64,000 nt of DNA, taken from Candidatus Bathyarchaeota archaeon (lineage in GTDB: Archaea; Thermoproteota; Bathyarchaeia; 40CM-2-53-6). The stretch is from positions 1,088,001 through 1,152,000 of the forward strand of contig CAVSBL010000002.1 in the NCBI GenBank assembly GCA_963726255.1, given 5' to 3'. The notes below the pieces were generated by a model that saw only the letters and a list, made by a program, of their open reading frames with translations, was not told the origin of the DNA and did no database searches. The position numbers were made by a program, and so were the translations under genes. Shown here one piece after another: positions 28,624 to 39,472 of the stretch (its first letter is position 1; every line of letters starts with the position of its first letter).

Positions 28624-29337
28624 TTGAGTCGTATGGCGCCCGCAGCCGTTGACCGGATTCTTCAGTCTGTGCGTGAGCAGAATCGGAGAGTCCTGCTCGA
28701 ACCTGAGGCCAAAGAACTTTGTCGAGCATACGGAATGCCGACACCAGCTTTTGGCGTAGCTCACAACCCTTCTGAAGCAGCAGAATTAGCGAATAAGGTT
28801 CAGTTCCCAGTGGTCCTGAAGGTTGTCTCGCAGGACATACTGCATAAGACCGAAGCTGGGGGAGTTTTGCTCGACCTGAATTCAAAGGAAGCGGTCGAAG
28901 ATGGGTATGGCCAAATCGTAGGCAAAGTTCGAGCCTACAACGAGAAGGCTCGAATCTCCGGTGTCCTCGTGCAGCACATGGCCCCCAAAGGTGTGGAAGT
29001 AATCGTCGGGGGTCTCCGGGATAGTCAGTTCGGTCCGACCGTCCTATTTGGGCTCGGTGGAATATTCGTGGAAGTCCTGAAGGACGCGAGTTTCAGGGTA
29101 GCCCCCTTAAGCGACCTCGACACCCGCCAGATGATCCGTGAGATTCGCGCCTATTCAATTCTGCAGGGCGTCAGAGGTCAACCTGCAGTAGATGAGGAAG
29201 CGATCATGCAAATTCTGCAGGCTACCTCAAAGGTCATGATGGAAAACGAAGCCATTCAGCAAATGGATCTCAACCCCGTGATAGTGTACGCAACGGGTGC
29301 CAGCGTAGTTGACGTTAGGATCATACTTGGCGAGTGA
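28624..29337 (+). CDS. acdB: ADP-forming acetate-CoA ligase beta subunit
   Basis: PVVLK..S.DILHKTEAGG, FGP, DLNP. Confidence 0.9.
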   Translation: MSRMAPAAVDRILQSVREQNRRVLLEPEAKELCRAYGMPTPAFGVAHNPSEAAELANKVQFPVVLKVVSQDILHKTEAGGVLLDLNSKEAVEDGYGQIVGKVRAYNEKARISGVLVQHMAPKGVEVIVGGLRDSQFGPTVLFGLGGIFVEVLKDASFRVAPLSDLDTRQMIREIRAYSILQGVRGQPAVDEEAIMQILQATSKVMMENEAIQQMDLNPVIVYATGASVVDVRIILGE

Positions 29338-29507
29338 GGACACGACTATTCCACACAACCAATTATATAGAGCCGCCATCCTGTTTCACGCACCCCAAAC
29401 CGCGTGTTCACATTGAAGCTTATAGGCACCCGCGAAAAATCGCTTCCGTTCAGAGAATTCGCCCGTGTATCGGCGGGATGGAGGTACTTCGCCTAGGTGA
29501 GACTGGT

Positions 29508-30404
29508 ATGGCTTCTAGCACATCCCAGACGCCTGTCGACAATTTGTACCAAGAACTAGATGTACTTAAGGAGAAAAATGCTGCAAAAAGAGCCAAAATC
29601 AGCATCCTCAGAGGACAGATTGAAGAGACATTAAGGCAACGTGATGAATTCAACGCGGAAGTGAAGCACGTATCCGAAGAGGTAAGAAAACTCAAAGCGA
29701 AACGTGATTCACTGAACACGAAAGTAAAAGAACTCAAAGAAAAGAGGGACGCGCTACGAGGAGTGGCCGCCCAAAAGCGTGAAGCTCTTTCAAAGCTTCT
29801 CGAACAGGCTAGGCACATATCAGAGCAACTACAAGGGAACATGTCCGAACTTTCTAGACAGATCAAGGGGCTAGAATGGTTCATTCAGACCACGCCCCTT
29901 TCGACTAAAGCTGAAAGGAACATTGTGGCCAAGATCGGCGCGTTAGAAGTAGGTTTGCAAAAGCACAAGGGCCTGAGAAACGTGAAAGACAAGCTCTTAC
30001 GGTTGAGGATTGAAGTTGGGGCTCTGAGGATGCAGGCACAGGCCACTCACGAGGCACTAACGAAAGTAGCTGAAGAAAGCGAGAAGGTTCACACATCCAT
30101 GCAAGAACTCGTTAGGATTCTGGTAGAGAGAAAGAAGGAAGCAGACGTGAAACATTCGGAGTACGTACAAAGAAGCCAGGAACGGCACGACCTAGTCTCT
30201 GACCTAAAAGCAAACTTAGAGCGTATGGACAAGATTCGAGCTCAGATAGGTGAAGCTAAAACATTGCCGAAGCTGAAAGGCGAGGAATTGAAATCGAAGT
30301 ACAAGCAGGCAGCGAATGAGAAGCTTCGGACGGGTGGAAAGTTATCATTCGAAGAATTCCAAGCACTAATGGAAGACAGCGGTTCTGATGATGACGACGA
30401 ATAA
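29508..30404 (+). CDS. archaeal coiled-coil protein
   Basis: heptad-rich; LEWFIQT, GKLSFEEF; GGTGA RBS. Confidence 0.8.
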   Translation: MASSTSQTPVDNLYQELDVLKEKNAAKRAKISILRGQIEETLRQRDEFNAEVKHVSEEVRKLKAKRDSLNTKVKELKEKRDALRGVAAQKREALSKLLEQARHISEQLQGNMSELSRQIKGLEWFIQTTPLSTKAERNIVAKIGALEVGLQKHKGLRNVKDKLLRLRIEVGALRMQAQATHEALTKVAEESEKVHTSMQELVRILVERKKEADVKHSEYVQRSQERHDLVSDLKANLERMDKIRAQIGEAKTLPKLKGEELKSKYKQAANEKLRTGGKLSFEEFQALMEDSGSDDDDE

Positions 30405-30422
30405 ATCCAGCGTTGATGGGTC

Positions 30423-31196
30423 ATGCCCAGAATTGCAATAATCGGAGGAAGTGGCCTCGAAGGTCTGCTTCAAGGCTCCCGCACACTTCAACTCGACACA
30501 CCGTATGGTCCTGCGCCTCCAATCTCCATAGGTACGGTCGGGAACGAGGAGGTTGCATTCCTCCCGAGACATGGGCCAAAGCACGACCTCCCGCCTCACA
30601 AAGTCAATTACAGGGCAAACCTGTCCGCGCTTAAACAACTTCAAGCGCAACGGGTCATAGCCACCAATGCAGTCGGCGCGATAAACGCAAGCTACGGCCC
30701 AGGCGACCTGGTCGTTGCTGAAGACATCTTGGATATGACGAAGTCCAGAACCTCAACGTACTTTGAGAGTGCACCTGTAACGCACATAGATGTCTCGCAA
30801 CCGTATTGCCCTGAACTCCGCAAGATCCTAATTGAATCTTGCAAAGGCTCCGGCGCGAAAACGTGGGACAGTGCGATCCTTGCAGCCACCGAGGGCCCGC
30901 GATATGAAACACCTGCAGAAATCCGAATGCTGCGCACACTGGGAGCCGATGTTGTTGGAATGACTGGAGCGCCTGAAGTTTTTCTTGCAAGGGAACAGGA
31001 GATGTGTTACTCGACGCTATGCTTCATCTCAAACCGCGCGGCCGGAATGCAAGAGAGGCTGTCAGCTAGGGAGGTCACGGAAATCGGAACGAGAGTCATG
31101 CCTGAGGTGCTCACCATTATACGTAAAGCTGTGGAACGCATCCCCAACGAGCGTAGATGCCCATGCACGAGGGCGATGGACCAAGCCCGAGTGTGA
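30423..31196 (+). CDS. mtnP: methylthioadenosine/purine nucleoside phosphorylase
   Basis: IIGGSG, PRHG, EGPRYET.AE, GMT. Confidence 0.9.
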   Translation: MPRIAIIGGSGLEGLLQGSRTLQLDTPYGPAPPISIGTVGNEEVAFLPRHGPKHDLPPHKVNYRANLSALKQLQAQRVIATNAVGAINASYGPGDLVVAEDILDMTKSRTSTYFESAPVTHIDVSQPYCPELRKILIESCKGSGAKTWDSAILAATEGPRYETPAEIRMLRTLGADVVGMTGAPEVFLAREQEMCYSTLCFISNRAAGMQERLSAREVTEIGTRVMPEVLTIIRKAVERIPNERRCPCTRAMDQARV

Positions 31197-31200
31197 ACCA

Positions 31201-31983
31201 ATGTTACCCACCCTCCTCAAGGCAATAGGCGCCTACACCGTCTATGAGAAGTGGCTCGGGGACCAAATCGCTTCAGACACGGTACCGGAACACGTTGGCA
31301 TAATACTTGACGGTAACAGGAGATGGGGCATAGAGAAATACGGCGACAGGCTCGACGGCCACTTATACGGCGCACGAACCGGAGAAGATTTCCTGGAATG
31401 GTGTTTGGACCTTGGCATTAAGACAGTAACGCTCTACGTTTTCTCCACTGAAAACTTCCAAAGACCCAGAGAAGAGGTGGACACAATACTCAAGTTGATT
31501 GAGGACGAAGCCAGGAAACTCATAACAGACCGGAGAATTCACGAGCATAAGGTGCACGTCAAAGCGATTGGCCGCATTGAACTACTGCCTGAATCACTAA
31601 GAAGGGTCCTCGATGAGGTGGAGAAGGCGACAGCGGCATATGACGAGCATTACCTGAACATTGCCGTGGCCTATGGTGGGCGCGCTGAAATTGTTGACGC
31701 CGCGAAGAGGATAATTGACGAGGTCAAAAGTGGCTCGTTGGATGAAGAGGCAGTTGATGAGGACATGTTCCGCAAATACCTGTACACCTCGCACCTTCCA
31801 AACCCCTACCCGGAGCTCATAATTCGCACATCAGGCGAAGAACGACTCAGCGGATTCCTGCTCTGGCAAGCAGCCTACAGCGAATTCGTCTTCTTAGACG
31901 TCTTCTGGCCTGAATTCCGCCGCATAGACCTACTAAGAGCCGTACGGACATACCAACGGCGAAAACGCAGATTTGGCAACTAG
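31201..31983 (+). CDS. uppS: cis-prenyltransferase (UppS family)
   Basis: ILDGNRRW, FSTENF, IRTSGEERLSGF. Confidence 0.95.
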   Translation: MLPTLLKAIGAYTVYEKWLGDQIASDTVPEHVGIILDGNRRWGIEKYGDRLDGHLYGARTGEDFLEWCLDLGIKTVTLYVFSTENFQRPREEVDTILKLIEDEARKLITDRRIHEHKVHVKAIGRIELLPESLRRVLDEVEKATAAYDEHYLNIAVAYGGRAEIVDAAKRIIDEVKSGSLDEEAVDEDMFRKYLYTSHLPNPYPELIIRTSGEERLSGFLLWQAAYSEFVFLDVFWPEFRRIDLLRAVRTYQRRKRRFGN

Positions 31984-32265
31984 AAAGACGAAGGCCGGCC
32001 CAGGCAACCACCACATATAGCCTGCCAGGCGACTCCCCTAAGCTACAAGTTTGGTAGGTCTCGTACCACCCTTACCTTGAATTTGTCTCGTTTGCCGAGA
32101 ATTCGAAAAGCAGCCCTATGCCAAATTTGACACGCCCCAATCCATACAAATCATCATGAAAGTGTAACCAAGCCTTATCTTCGCACCTCCTGAGCAGCCG
32201 ATAGCCCACGAGAGTTGCTAATGTGACAAAACCCGCGAATCACTCGCGGCGAGCATGAATTACCA

Positions 32266-35200
32266 TTGGTGTACATTAAGAGAATTGACCTGAGAGGCTT
32301 CAAGACCTTCGGGAAGAAGGCGACTGTTCACCTCGACCGCGGCCTCACGATCATAACCGGGCCGAACGGGTCCGGCAAATCGAACATCCTTGACTCGGTA
32401 AAGTTCGCGTTGGGAGAATTAAGCGCCAAAGAACTTAGGGGAGAGACAATAGGCGATCTGATTCACAAGGGAGTGATGGCGGCTACATCCCGCTCGGCCT
32501 GGGTCGCAGTACAATTTGACAACCAAGATAGACGAATACCCGTGGATGCCGAAGCGGTCACGATCTCACGAGAATTCCGGCGAGGCGGCGAGGGCATTTA
32601 CAGGCTTAACGGAAGAAAGGTCTCCCGAAAGCAGCTTACGGACATTCTCTCCTCAGCAGACATCCAAGTCTCCAGCTATAACATCGTCCCACAACACGCG
32701 ATTACACGCCTTGCTGAAGTAACAACCGAAGAGCGCCGGACGATAATTGAGGACATGATCGGAATCGCCGTCTACGATACTAAGAAAGCCTCGGCCCAAG
32801 TTGAACTCCAAAAGGCTGACGTGAACCTGCAAGTAGCATCAGCAAAGATTGAGGAAGTCAGACTCCGAGTCGAATCGCTGGAAAGGGAACGCAACGACTA
32901 CCTCAAGTACAAGCAGATTCAGAATGAAATTAACGGACTTCAAGCCAAAGCAATCTCCCACAAGATCAAGAAAACTCAACAAGAAAACAGCGAATTAGAA
33001 CAAGACCTCACCAAACATCAGCAGCAACTCCAAGAATTGAAAGCTGGCAAAGACCAGGTTATTCAGGAAAAGACGAAGCTTGAGTCTGAAAAAAGGGAAT
33101 ACGAAGAAACCGTAGCGGACAAAGGCAGCAGCAGGCTACTTGAAGTACAACGCAAAATGGGCGACGTCAACGCAACCATTGCAGGCCTACAGGCCCGGGC
33201 AAATGCCGCACAATCGAACATCAAATCCCTCCAAGATCAGAAAAGCGAACTGGAAAAGAACTCGACCGAAATACTCCAGAAAGTTAACAACTCAAAGAAT
33301 GAACTTTCGGAACTTAGAGCATCCCACGCCGCGCTCCTCCAGGCCATTGAAGCAAAACAAACTAAAGTTGGCGAATCATTCAAAGCACTCACCGATCTAA
33401 GAGACAAACTAGGCGCCCGCAACAAAGAGGCCGAAGACCTAGAACACACCATAGGCAGCCTAACGAGTAGAGTTGCTAGATTCACCTCGCAGGTCAAGGC
33501 GAGCGCCACAAAAATCGATTTGTTGAACAATCATTTGAAAACACTGCGAACACGCAAACAAGAATATGAGAACGCCCTTCAAAACGCCGCCAAGCATGTT
33601 GACGAACTGCTATCAGCAAAGGTCCAGGAGGGGAAAAGCTCAGCTGAGGCCGACAAGAAGATTTCTGGATACGTGAAGATTAAGCAACAACTTGCCCAAG
33701 ATGCGGAAAAGGCCAACGAGGTTGCAAAACGTTCTGCTCTAGAACTCACCGAGATAGAAACACAGAAGAACGTAACAGAGAACTTAGCCTCGGACGACAA
33801 AGCGCTCTCCCTGATCGAACAAATGGCTGAGGCGGGCGCCGTATCGGGTGTTTATGGGCGGCTAGCTGACCTTGTCAAGGTGAAAGACGGTTATGGGAAG
33901 GCTGCCCAAGCCGCAGCGGCGGGTTGGATGAAAGCCCTCGTTGTGAGGAACATTGAGGCGGCACTCTCATGCATCGAAGTTCTAAAGAAAACGAAAGTGG
34001 GACGCGTCAAACTTATTCCTCTCGAAGGCCTCACGCCGCCAAAGAAGGTCTACGTTCCCAAAGGAATTCAGGAAATCATCGGGCCAATCACAGACAGTCT
34101 TGAATTTGCAGAACGCGTTAGGCCAGCAGTGAACTATGTTTTCGGAGACACCCTGCTGACTTCGAATCAGAAATCAGCTTTCCTCGCGTCCCTGAAAGGC
34201 GTTCGAGCAGTCGCAGTCTCAGGCGATTTATACGAGCCGGGAGGCGCGATGGAAACAGGATACTTCAGGCAACCACTTGACGTCTCAAAACTGCTCCTGA
34301 AGGGCAAGACAATCGATCACCTAAGGACCACGCTTTCGTCCCTCGAGAAGTTGGCGGTGAAGGCCAAAGAGGAAATTGCCAGGATAGACCAGGAAATTCT
34401 TGACCAGCGCAACAGCAAAGTAAAGAGTCAAAACCTGATTCGGTCAATAGAGAGAGAAATCGCCACGCTCAAGGGAAACCTTGAACGAGCCCATAAGATT
34501 ATTGAGGATACCTCGGAACGAATCGAACAGATAACGCACGAAGTCGGTACGGAGCAAACGGTGCTCGAGGCCAGCGTATCGCAGAAGGAGAAGATACAAC
34601 CCAAACTGGCTGAGTTTGAGCAGACCCACAGCTCTCTAAAGATCCGTTCACAATCCGCCGTCCTCCTCGAGCGCGAGAACGAACACTCAACACTCACGAG
34701 TGAACTTACTGACCTCGTCCGACAGAAGATTGAAGCTGAAAGTCGAATTGAGTCGTTGAAATCTACTGTAACTGCGATAGAGCCGACTGCGGAACAAACG
34801 AAAATTCAGTCTACTAGCATTGACAGGCAACTGGAGAAACTGGCGTCAGAACTGCCATTGACCCAAACTGAACTTTCGAAGAACGAAGAGCAACTGAAGC
34901 AGCTTGCAGCAGCCAGGGACCAACTTACGCAGGAACTTGCTGGAGTCAGAGTCAAACGAGACGAGTACAATTCGCGCCTTCGTGAAATGGACGCGGAAAT
35001 AAACGAACTCTTCGGCAAACTTGACCCACTAAACAATAAGGTCGCTAACCTAACCGCCTCGCTCAAGCACACGCAGATGCAAACCGACTTTCACATGAAC
35101 GAACTGAAGGAACTGGGGTACCCAGAGGCAGTGGAAGTCAGTGACGATGAAATCCAAAAGCTAGAGACCACGCTTCCAGTGCTCAAGAAAGAGCTCGCTG

Positions 35201-35817
35201 GGATAGGGGGCGTCAACGAACTCGCTGCTTCCCAGTACGAGGAAGTTAAAGAAAATTACAAGCACCTAGCCACTAGAATTTACGACCTTGAGAAAGAGAA
35301 AATGTCGATAGTCCAATTCATGAACGAACTGGACCAACAGAAGCTTGAAGCTTTCATGAAAGCATTCAACCAAGTCAGTGAATCCTTCAGCCAAATTTTC
35401 TCAACAGTCACGAGCGGGGCTGGAAGGCTCTTTCTTGAGAAGCCTGAAAACCCGTTCGACGGAGGCGCTGACATTAGGTTACAGTTTCCTGGAAAGACTG
35501 AAATGTCGATTGGAAGCGCTAGCGGTGGCGAGAAATCAGTCGGAACTGTCTGTTTCATACTTTCCCTCCAAGCAATTCATCCGATGCCATTTTACATGAT
35601 GGATGAAATCGACGCCCACCTAGATGTGGTTAATTCACAGCGACTGGCGGAATTGCTAAAATCGAAGTCGAAGGGCTCTCAATTCATCGTCGTTTCGCTG
35701 AAGGACGTGACTATCGCTCGAGCTGATACGGTTTATGGCGTCTTCATTCAGGAAGGCGTCTCCCAAGTAGTTGGCCTGCCAATGCAGGAGGTAAGGACGG
35801 TTGGAAGAACTCAGTAA
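32266..35817 (+). CDS. smc: chromosome segregation protein SMC
   Basis: GPNGSGKS, hinge, SGGEKS, DEIDAHLD. Confidence 0.97.
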   Translation: MVYIKRIDLRGFKTFGKKATVHLDRGLTIITGPNGSGKSNILDSVKFALGELSAKELRGETIGDLIHKGVMAATSRSAWVAVQFDNQDRRIPVDAEAVTISREFRRGGEGIYRLNGRKVSRKQLTDILSSADIQVSSYNIVPQHAITRLAEVTTEERRTIIEDMIGIAVYDTKKASAQVELQKADVNLQVASAKIEEVRLRVESLERERNDYLKYKQIQNEINGLQAKAISHKIKKTQQENSELEQDLTKHQQQLQELKAGKDQVIQEKTKLESEKREYEETVADKGSSRLLEVQRKMGDVNATIAGLQARANAAQSNIKSLQDQKSELEKNSTEILQKVNNSKNELSELRASHAALLQAIEAKQTKVGESFKALTDLRDKLGARNKEAEDLEHTIGSLTSRVARFTSQVKASATKIDLLNNHLKTLRTRKQEYENALQNAAKHVDELLSAKVQEGKSSAEADKKISGYVKIKQQLAQDAEKANEVAKRSALELTEIETQKNVTENLASDDKALSLIEQMAEAGAVSGVYGRLADLVKVKDGYGKAAQAAAAGWMKALVVRNIEAALSCIEVLKKTKVGRVKLIPLEGLTPPKKVYVPKGIQEIIGPITDSLEFAERVRPAVNYVFGDTLLTSNQKSAFLASLKGVRAVAVSGDLYEPGGAMETGYFRQPLDVSKLLLKGKTIDHLRTTLSSLEKLAVKAKEEIARIDQEILDQRNSKVKSQNLIRSIEREIATLKGNLERAHKIIEDTSERIEQITHEVGTEQTVLEASVSQKEKIQPKLAEFEQTHSSLKIRSQSAVLLERENEHSTLTSELTDLVRQKIEAESRIESLKSTVTAIEPTAEQTKIQSTSIDRQLEKLASELPLTQTELSKNEEQLKQLAAARDQLTQELAGVRVKRDEYNSRLREMDAEINELFGKLDPLNNKVANLTASLKHTQMQTDFHMNELKELGYPEAVEVSDDEIQKLETTLPVLKKELAGIGGVNELAASQYEEVKENYKHLATRIYDLEKEKMSIVQFMNELDQQKLEAFMKAFNQVSESFSQIFSTVTSGAGRLFLEKPENPFDGGADIRLQFPGKTEMSIGSASGGEKSVGTVCFILSLQAIHPMPFYMMDEIDAHLDVVNSQRLAELLKSKSKGSQFIVVSLKDVTIARADTVYGVFIQEGVSQVVGLPMQEVRTVGRTQ

Positions 35818-36472
35818 GCCCTTTTGGATGAGGCCCCCTTACCTTATCCTATTCGACCTGTTGAGGCTTCACCGGGTGAAGCCTTGGGACGTCGACATAA
35901 GCAACCTACTGAATGCTTTCCTTGCCGAGATGAAGAAGAGCGGCTACATCGACTTTTCCGCCTCGGGCACGGCCTTGCTTTCATCCTCAGTCGTTCACCG
36001 CATGAAATCCGAACTTGTCCTGAAAATGGAAGAGCCTCCGAAACCCCCGGTTGCTAGACCTGACGTGGAGGTCCCACCACCCCTACCATTTCCTATTCGG
36101 TTTGAGTACACCTCAACATCAGTCGCTGAAATCCTCCGTACACTCCAACAGGTTTTGGAAAACGAGAAGACTGTCCTCGCGAAGAAGCCATTCGTGCTAA
36201 GCCCACCGTCGGTTTTCGAGCAATTAGATGCATTTCTCGCGAACATACAAGAGAACATCGAGAATTTTTATGCCGAACTCATCAAACTCAGCATTAGGGG
36301 ATTACCTCTCTCCTTCAAAGACCTCGTCAAGGGCCAAACGTTTCTCGAGGCGGTTCGAATTTTCATAATGTTACTCTTCCTAGCCAACGACAAGAAGATT
36401 CTGCTAACACAAGACGACCTAGGTTCCGACCTATTCGTCCGTTTAGGTGAGGTGTCGCCACCAATTGCTTGA
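35801..36472 (+). CDS. scpA: kleisin ScpA
   Basis: PWDVDI motif; position after smc. Confidence 0.88.
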   Translation: MEELSKPFWMRPPYLILFDLLRLHRVKPWDVDISNLLNAFLAEMKKSGYIDFSASGTALLSSSVVHRMKSELVLKMEEPPKPPVARPDVEVPPPLPFPIRFEYTSTSVAEILRTLQQVLENEKTVLAKKPFVLSPPSVFEQLDAFLANIQENIENFYAELIKLSIRGLPLSFKDLVKGQTFLEAVRIFIMLLFLANDKKILLTQDDLGSDLFVRLGEVSPPIA

Positions 36473-37088
36473 ACCGCCCAATGAAACCAATGAACCCACA
36501 CTAATTGTCCCCAAAGCAAAAACAAAGCTTGCCTTGATAGAGGCCGCCCTCTACGTTACTGGCAAGCCCTTAGACCTTAAGACACTTGGGTCAGTGGTGG
36601 GGTTTCGGTCGGAAGAGAAGACCAGGGACCTCGCTCGTACTCTGAAGGACAAATACGGAAAAGACGGAAGTTCACTTGAAGTGTTGGAGCTCAGCGACGG
36701 TAGGTTCGTGATGCAATTGAAGCCGCAGTACGTGCGGCATGTTAAGCGGCTGGCGACACGGCAACTGCTCACACCTGGGCCGATGAAGACACTTTCCTTT
36801 ATTGCAGTCAGGCAGCCCGTAACCCAGTCTTACCTTGCGAAAGTTAGAGGGAACCTAGCGTACTCACACGTCAAACAGCTTCGGGAAATGGGGCTCTTAG
36901 CAGAGGAGAAGTTGGGACGGACGAAAATGCTTCGAACAACTCCAAACTTCGCTGATTACTTCAACCTTAGTCATGACATGGCTGCCATGAAGAAGCAGCT
37001 GGAAAAACTGTTTGAAAACATCAAAATAGAAAGATCCCAACAAAAACCCGGTCCGAAAGTCGAAAAAGAGAAAGTTCTAAGTCCTTAG
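36447..37088 (+). CDS. scpB: segregation and condensation protein ScpB
   Basis: IEAALY, QPVTQ, TTPNFADYF. Confidence 0.92.
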   Translation: MRCRHQLLEPPNETNEPTLIVPKAKTKLALIEAALYVTGKPLDLKTLGSVVGFRSEEKTRDLARTLKDKYGKDGSSLEVLELSDGRFVMQLKPQYVRHVKRLATRQLLTPGPMKTLSFIAVRQPVTQSYLAKVRGNLAYSHVKQLREMGLLAEEKLGRTKMLRTTPNFADYFNLSHDMAAMKKQLEKLFENIKIERSQQKPGPKVEKEKVLSP

Positions 37089-37131
37089 GGAAATAAGAGA
37101 GCATTGCGATACGAGTCTTGAGGCGCAGCGA

Positions 37132-37296
37132 ATGGTTATGGTTGAATTTAACAAGCTGAAGGAGACCGTCGACATCTTCATACCTAGAACCACGGAGGGT
37201 GCTTCGATTACTTTGACGATGACCGTCGACAAGGCGAAGCAACTTTACCAACTCCTCCAAAAAGTTTTGAAAGAAAACGATCAACTACCCGCCTAG
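37132..37296 (+). CDS. small hypothetical protein (54 aa, not in ORF track)
   Basis: MVMVEFNKLKETVDIFIP...; fills the gap between scpB and rps8e. Confidence 0.4.
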   Translation: MVMVEFNKLKETVDIFIPRTTEGASITLTMTVDKAKQLYQLLQKVLKENDQLPA

Positions 37297-37375
37297 TCGG
37301 ACGGAAACATAACAACGCTTAAAAGAACCGCCCCTTGCCTCTCAGTGAAATTCAACTTAGGAGCTGGAATACAGT

Positions 37376-37771
37376 ATGCCCCAATGGCACGGAGACCTTC
37401 ACAAACGCAAGAAAACAGGCGGCAAGAAACACATGTTCCGCGGCAAGCGTGCTTTTGAAATGGGAAGCGACCCCGCGCAGACCATTGTGGGAGAAAAGAG
37501 AATATCGAAGAAACGAGGCCGCGGCGGGAAACCAAAGTTCGCTGCCTTGGCAGTTAACACTGTCAACGTCACCGACCCTTCAACGGGGAAAAGTCAAAAG
37601 ACAGAGATTAGAAGCGTCGTGAAGAACCCTGCCAACGTCGATTACCAACGCCGGGGAGTAATTACCAAAGGTGCCGTTGTCGAGACGCCCTTGGGACAGG
37701 CGATTGTGACCTCGAGACCAGGCCAGCACGGCGTCGTGAACGCCGTTCTCCTTCAAGGCACACAGCAGTAA
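37376..37771 (+). CDS. rps8e: 30S ribosomal protein S8e
   Basis: RKKTGG, NPAN, ITKGA, TSRPGQ.G.VNA. Confidence 0.96.
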   Translation: MPQWHGDLHKRKKTGGKKHMFRGKRAFEMGSDPAQTIVGEKRISKKRGRGGKPKFAALAVNTVNVTDPSTGKSQKTEIRSVVKNPANVDYQRRGVITKGAVVETPLGQAIVTSRPGQHGVVNAVLLQGTQQ

Positions 37772-37816
37772 TCCCACGCCTTCGTCCGTTCCCGCATTGC
37801 CTAGGCGAAGCTCTCC

Positions 37817-38128
37817 TTGAAACTTCAAGGGAAAATGGTTGTCTGGCCAGCCAACCTCGATTCTTCAAAATCTCGGAAAGGAGGAAGAAAACTACCTAAG
37901 GCTTCAGCGATTCAAGCTCCTAGGCTCGAGGAAATTAACGACGCTGCCGAACGCCTCTCCTTCGAAGCTGAAATAGTTCTCGCAAAATCGCTGCCCAGCT
38001 CATGGTGGGAGAAAGGTGGGTACGCCATACTCGCAAAGAAGGGCCCGAAGGGGAACCTGCTCCGATCCCTCGCAAGCGAGATTAAGAAGGCCAGGGCCGC
38101 GAAAACCGGGCAGGAAAAGAGAACCTGA
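37817..38128 (+). CDS. srp19: signal recognition particle protein SRP19
   Basis: VWPANLDS.KSR..GRKLP. Confidence 0.9.
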   Translation: MKLQGKMVVWPANLDSSKSRKGGRKLPKASAIQAPRLEEINDAAERLSFEAEIVLAKSLPSSWWEKGGYAILAKKGPKGNLLRSLASEIKKARAAKTGQEKRT

Positions 38129-38134
38129 GGGCGC

Positions 38135-39400
38135 TCAGGGCGGGAGCCCCCCGATCAGCGTCACATCTACGTTTTGCCCTCCCTCAATAGCTATAATCCC
38201 TTCATTGAGAGTGACGATTCCGTTCGCCCTAACCATGCTCATCAGAACTGAAGAACGTTGTAGTTTGAGCGGCTCGGCAACTAACCCCCGCCCATCACGC
38301 TTTACCATGACCCTCACAAAGGTCCTGTTACCGGGCGCCCCCGTGATTCTTTCACTCAAGAGCGCACTGACAGTTGGTTCGAACAATTCCTGAACGCCCA
38401 ACATCTTCGCGAGGACAGGACGTACGAAGGTTCGGAATGCGAAGAATGCGGAGACTGGAAACCCAGGCAGTGAAAATACGGCTTTGCCGTTCACCACTGC
38501 CAAGCCTGTTGGCATGGCAGGCCTCATGGCAACCCCATGTACCAACATACCCGGCTTGCCTAAGGTGTTGACACACTCAGGGACGAGATCCCTTTTGCCG
38601 ACCGAAGACCCTGCGCTTACAATGAGCGCATCGCATGTCTTCAATCCACTCCTCATAGCGTTCTTAATGCTGGATTCCAGATCCTTGACAATTCCCAGGT
38701 CAACGGCTCTCGCCCCCAATTCCTGAAGCATACCGGATATGATTGCCCTGTTGATGTCGATAACTTTGCCCGGGCTACGGCTACTGATCGAATCTACGAG
38801 CTCGTTACCAGTTGATATGACAGCTACGCGTGGCTCCCTAGCAACATACACTCTCGACAATGCTAGTACCTTCGATATGCCAATATCCTGCGGCCGGAGG
38901 CGCATCCCCTTCTTGAGCACAACCGTATGTGGTGTAACGTCCTCACCCTTCATCGCGATGCTCTGGCCGGGCGTAGTCGGGACGTGGACTGCGATTCTGC
39001 CTGCCGGAAGCTTGGTCGTTCGCTCAATCATCACGACGGCGTCTGCACCGGGGGGAATCACGCTCCCGGTTGCGACAGCAACGCTCTCTCCCGGCTCAAC
39101 CTGCAGTCTGGGTAAGGCGCCTATCCTGCTTTCCCCAACCACCCGAAGGATTGCGGGTTTGTCTTGAGAAGCATTCTTCACGTCTTCAACGCGGACAGCG
39201 TATCCGTCCATCACCGAGCGATCAACTGGTGGCAGGTACTGATTTGCAACGACGTCTTTTCCAAGGTATCGTCCCAAGGCCCGCTGAACAGCGACGGATT
39301 CGAGCTTGACAGTCGGCTCTCCGAGGGCAGCGAAAAGCATCTCAAGCGCGTCGTCAACCCTAGTTAGTTTTTGGAAACCTTCGGTGTGCAAATGACTCAT
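38135..39400 (-). CDS. moeA: molybdopterin molybdenumtransferase
   Basis: SVMDGYA, STGNEL, LPGFP. Confidence 0.93.
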   Translation of the reverse strand: MSHLHTEGFQKLTRVDDALEMLFAALGEPTVKLESVAVQRALGRYLGKDVVANQYLPPVDRSVMDGYAVRVEDVKNASQDKPAILRVVGESRIGALPRLQVEPGESVAVATGSVIPPGADAVVMIERTTKLPAGRIAVHVPTTPGQSIAMKGEDVTPHTVVLKKGMRLRPQDIGISKVLALSRVYVAREPRVAVISTGNELVDSISSRSPGKVIDINRAIISGMLQELGARAVDLGIVKDLESSIKNAMRSGLKTCDALIVSAGSSVGKRDLVPECVNTLGKPGMLVHGVAMRPAMPTGLAVVNGKAVFSLPGFPVSAFFAFRTFVRPVLAKMLGVQELFEPTVSALLSERITGAPGNRTFVRVMVKRDGRGLVAEPLKLQRSSVLMSMVRANGIVTLNEGIIAIEGGQNVDVTLIGGLPP

Positions 39401-39472
39401 GGGATTAACACTAATCCGACGGGAAGATATTATGCGCGGCAGATATCTAACACACTCTGCCGGTGGCCGCCC

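Noticed and set aside
30985-31200. N-terminal extension of UppS (similarly for asparaginase, coiled-coil, GNAT and oxidoreductase beta ORFs)
   Set aside because: Overlaps neighbouring genes; downstream starts fit family lengths better
31984-32265. 280-bp gap before smc as ncRNA or origin
   Set aside because: No convincing ORF, repeat array, ORB-like box or stable structure seen
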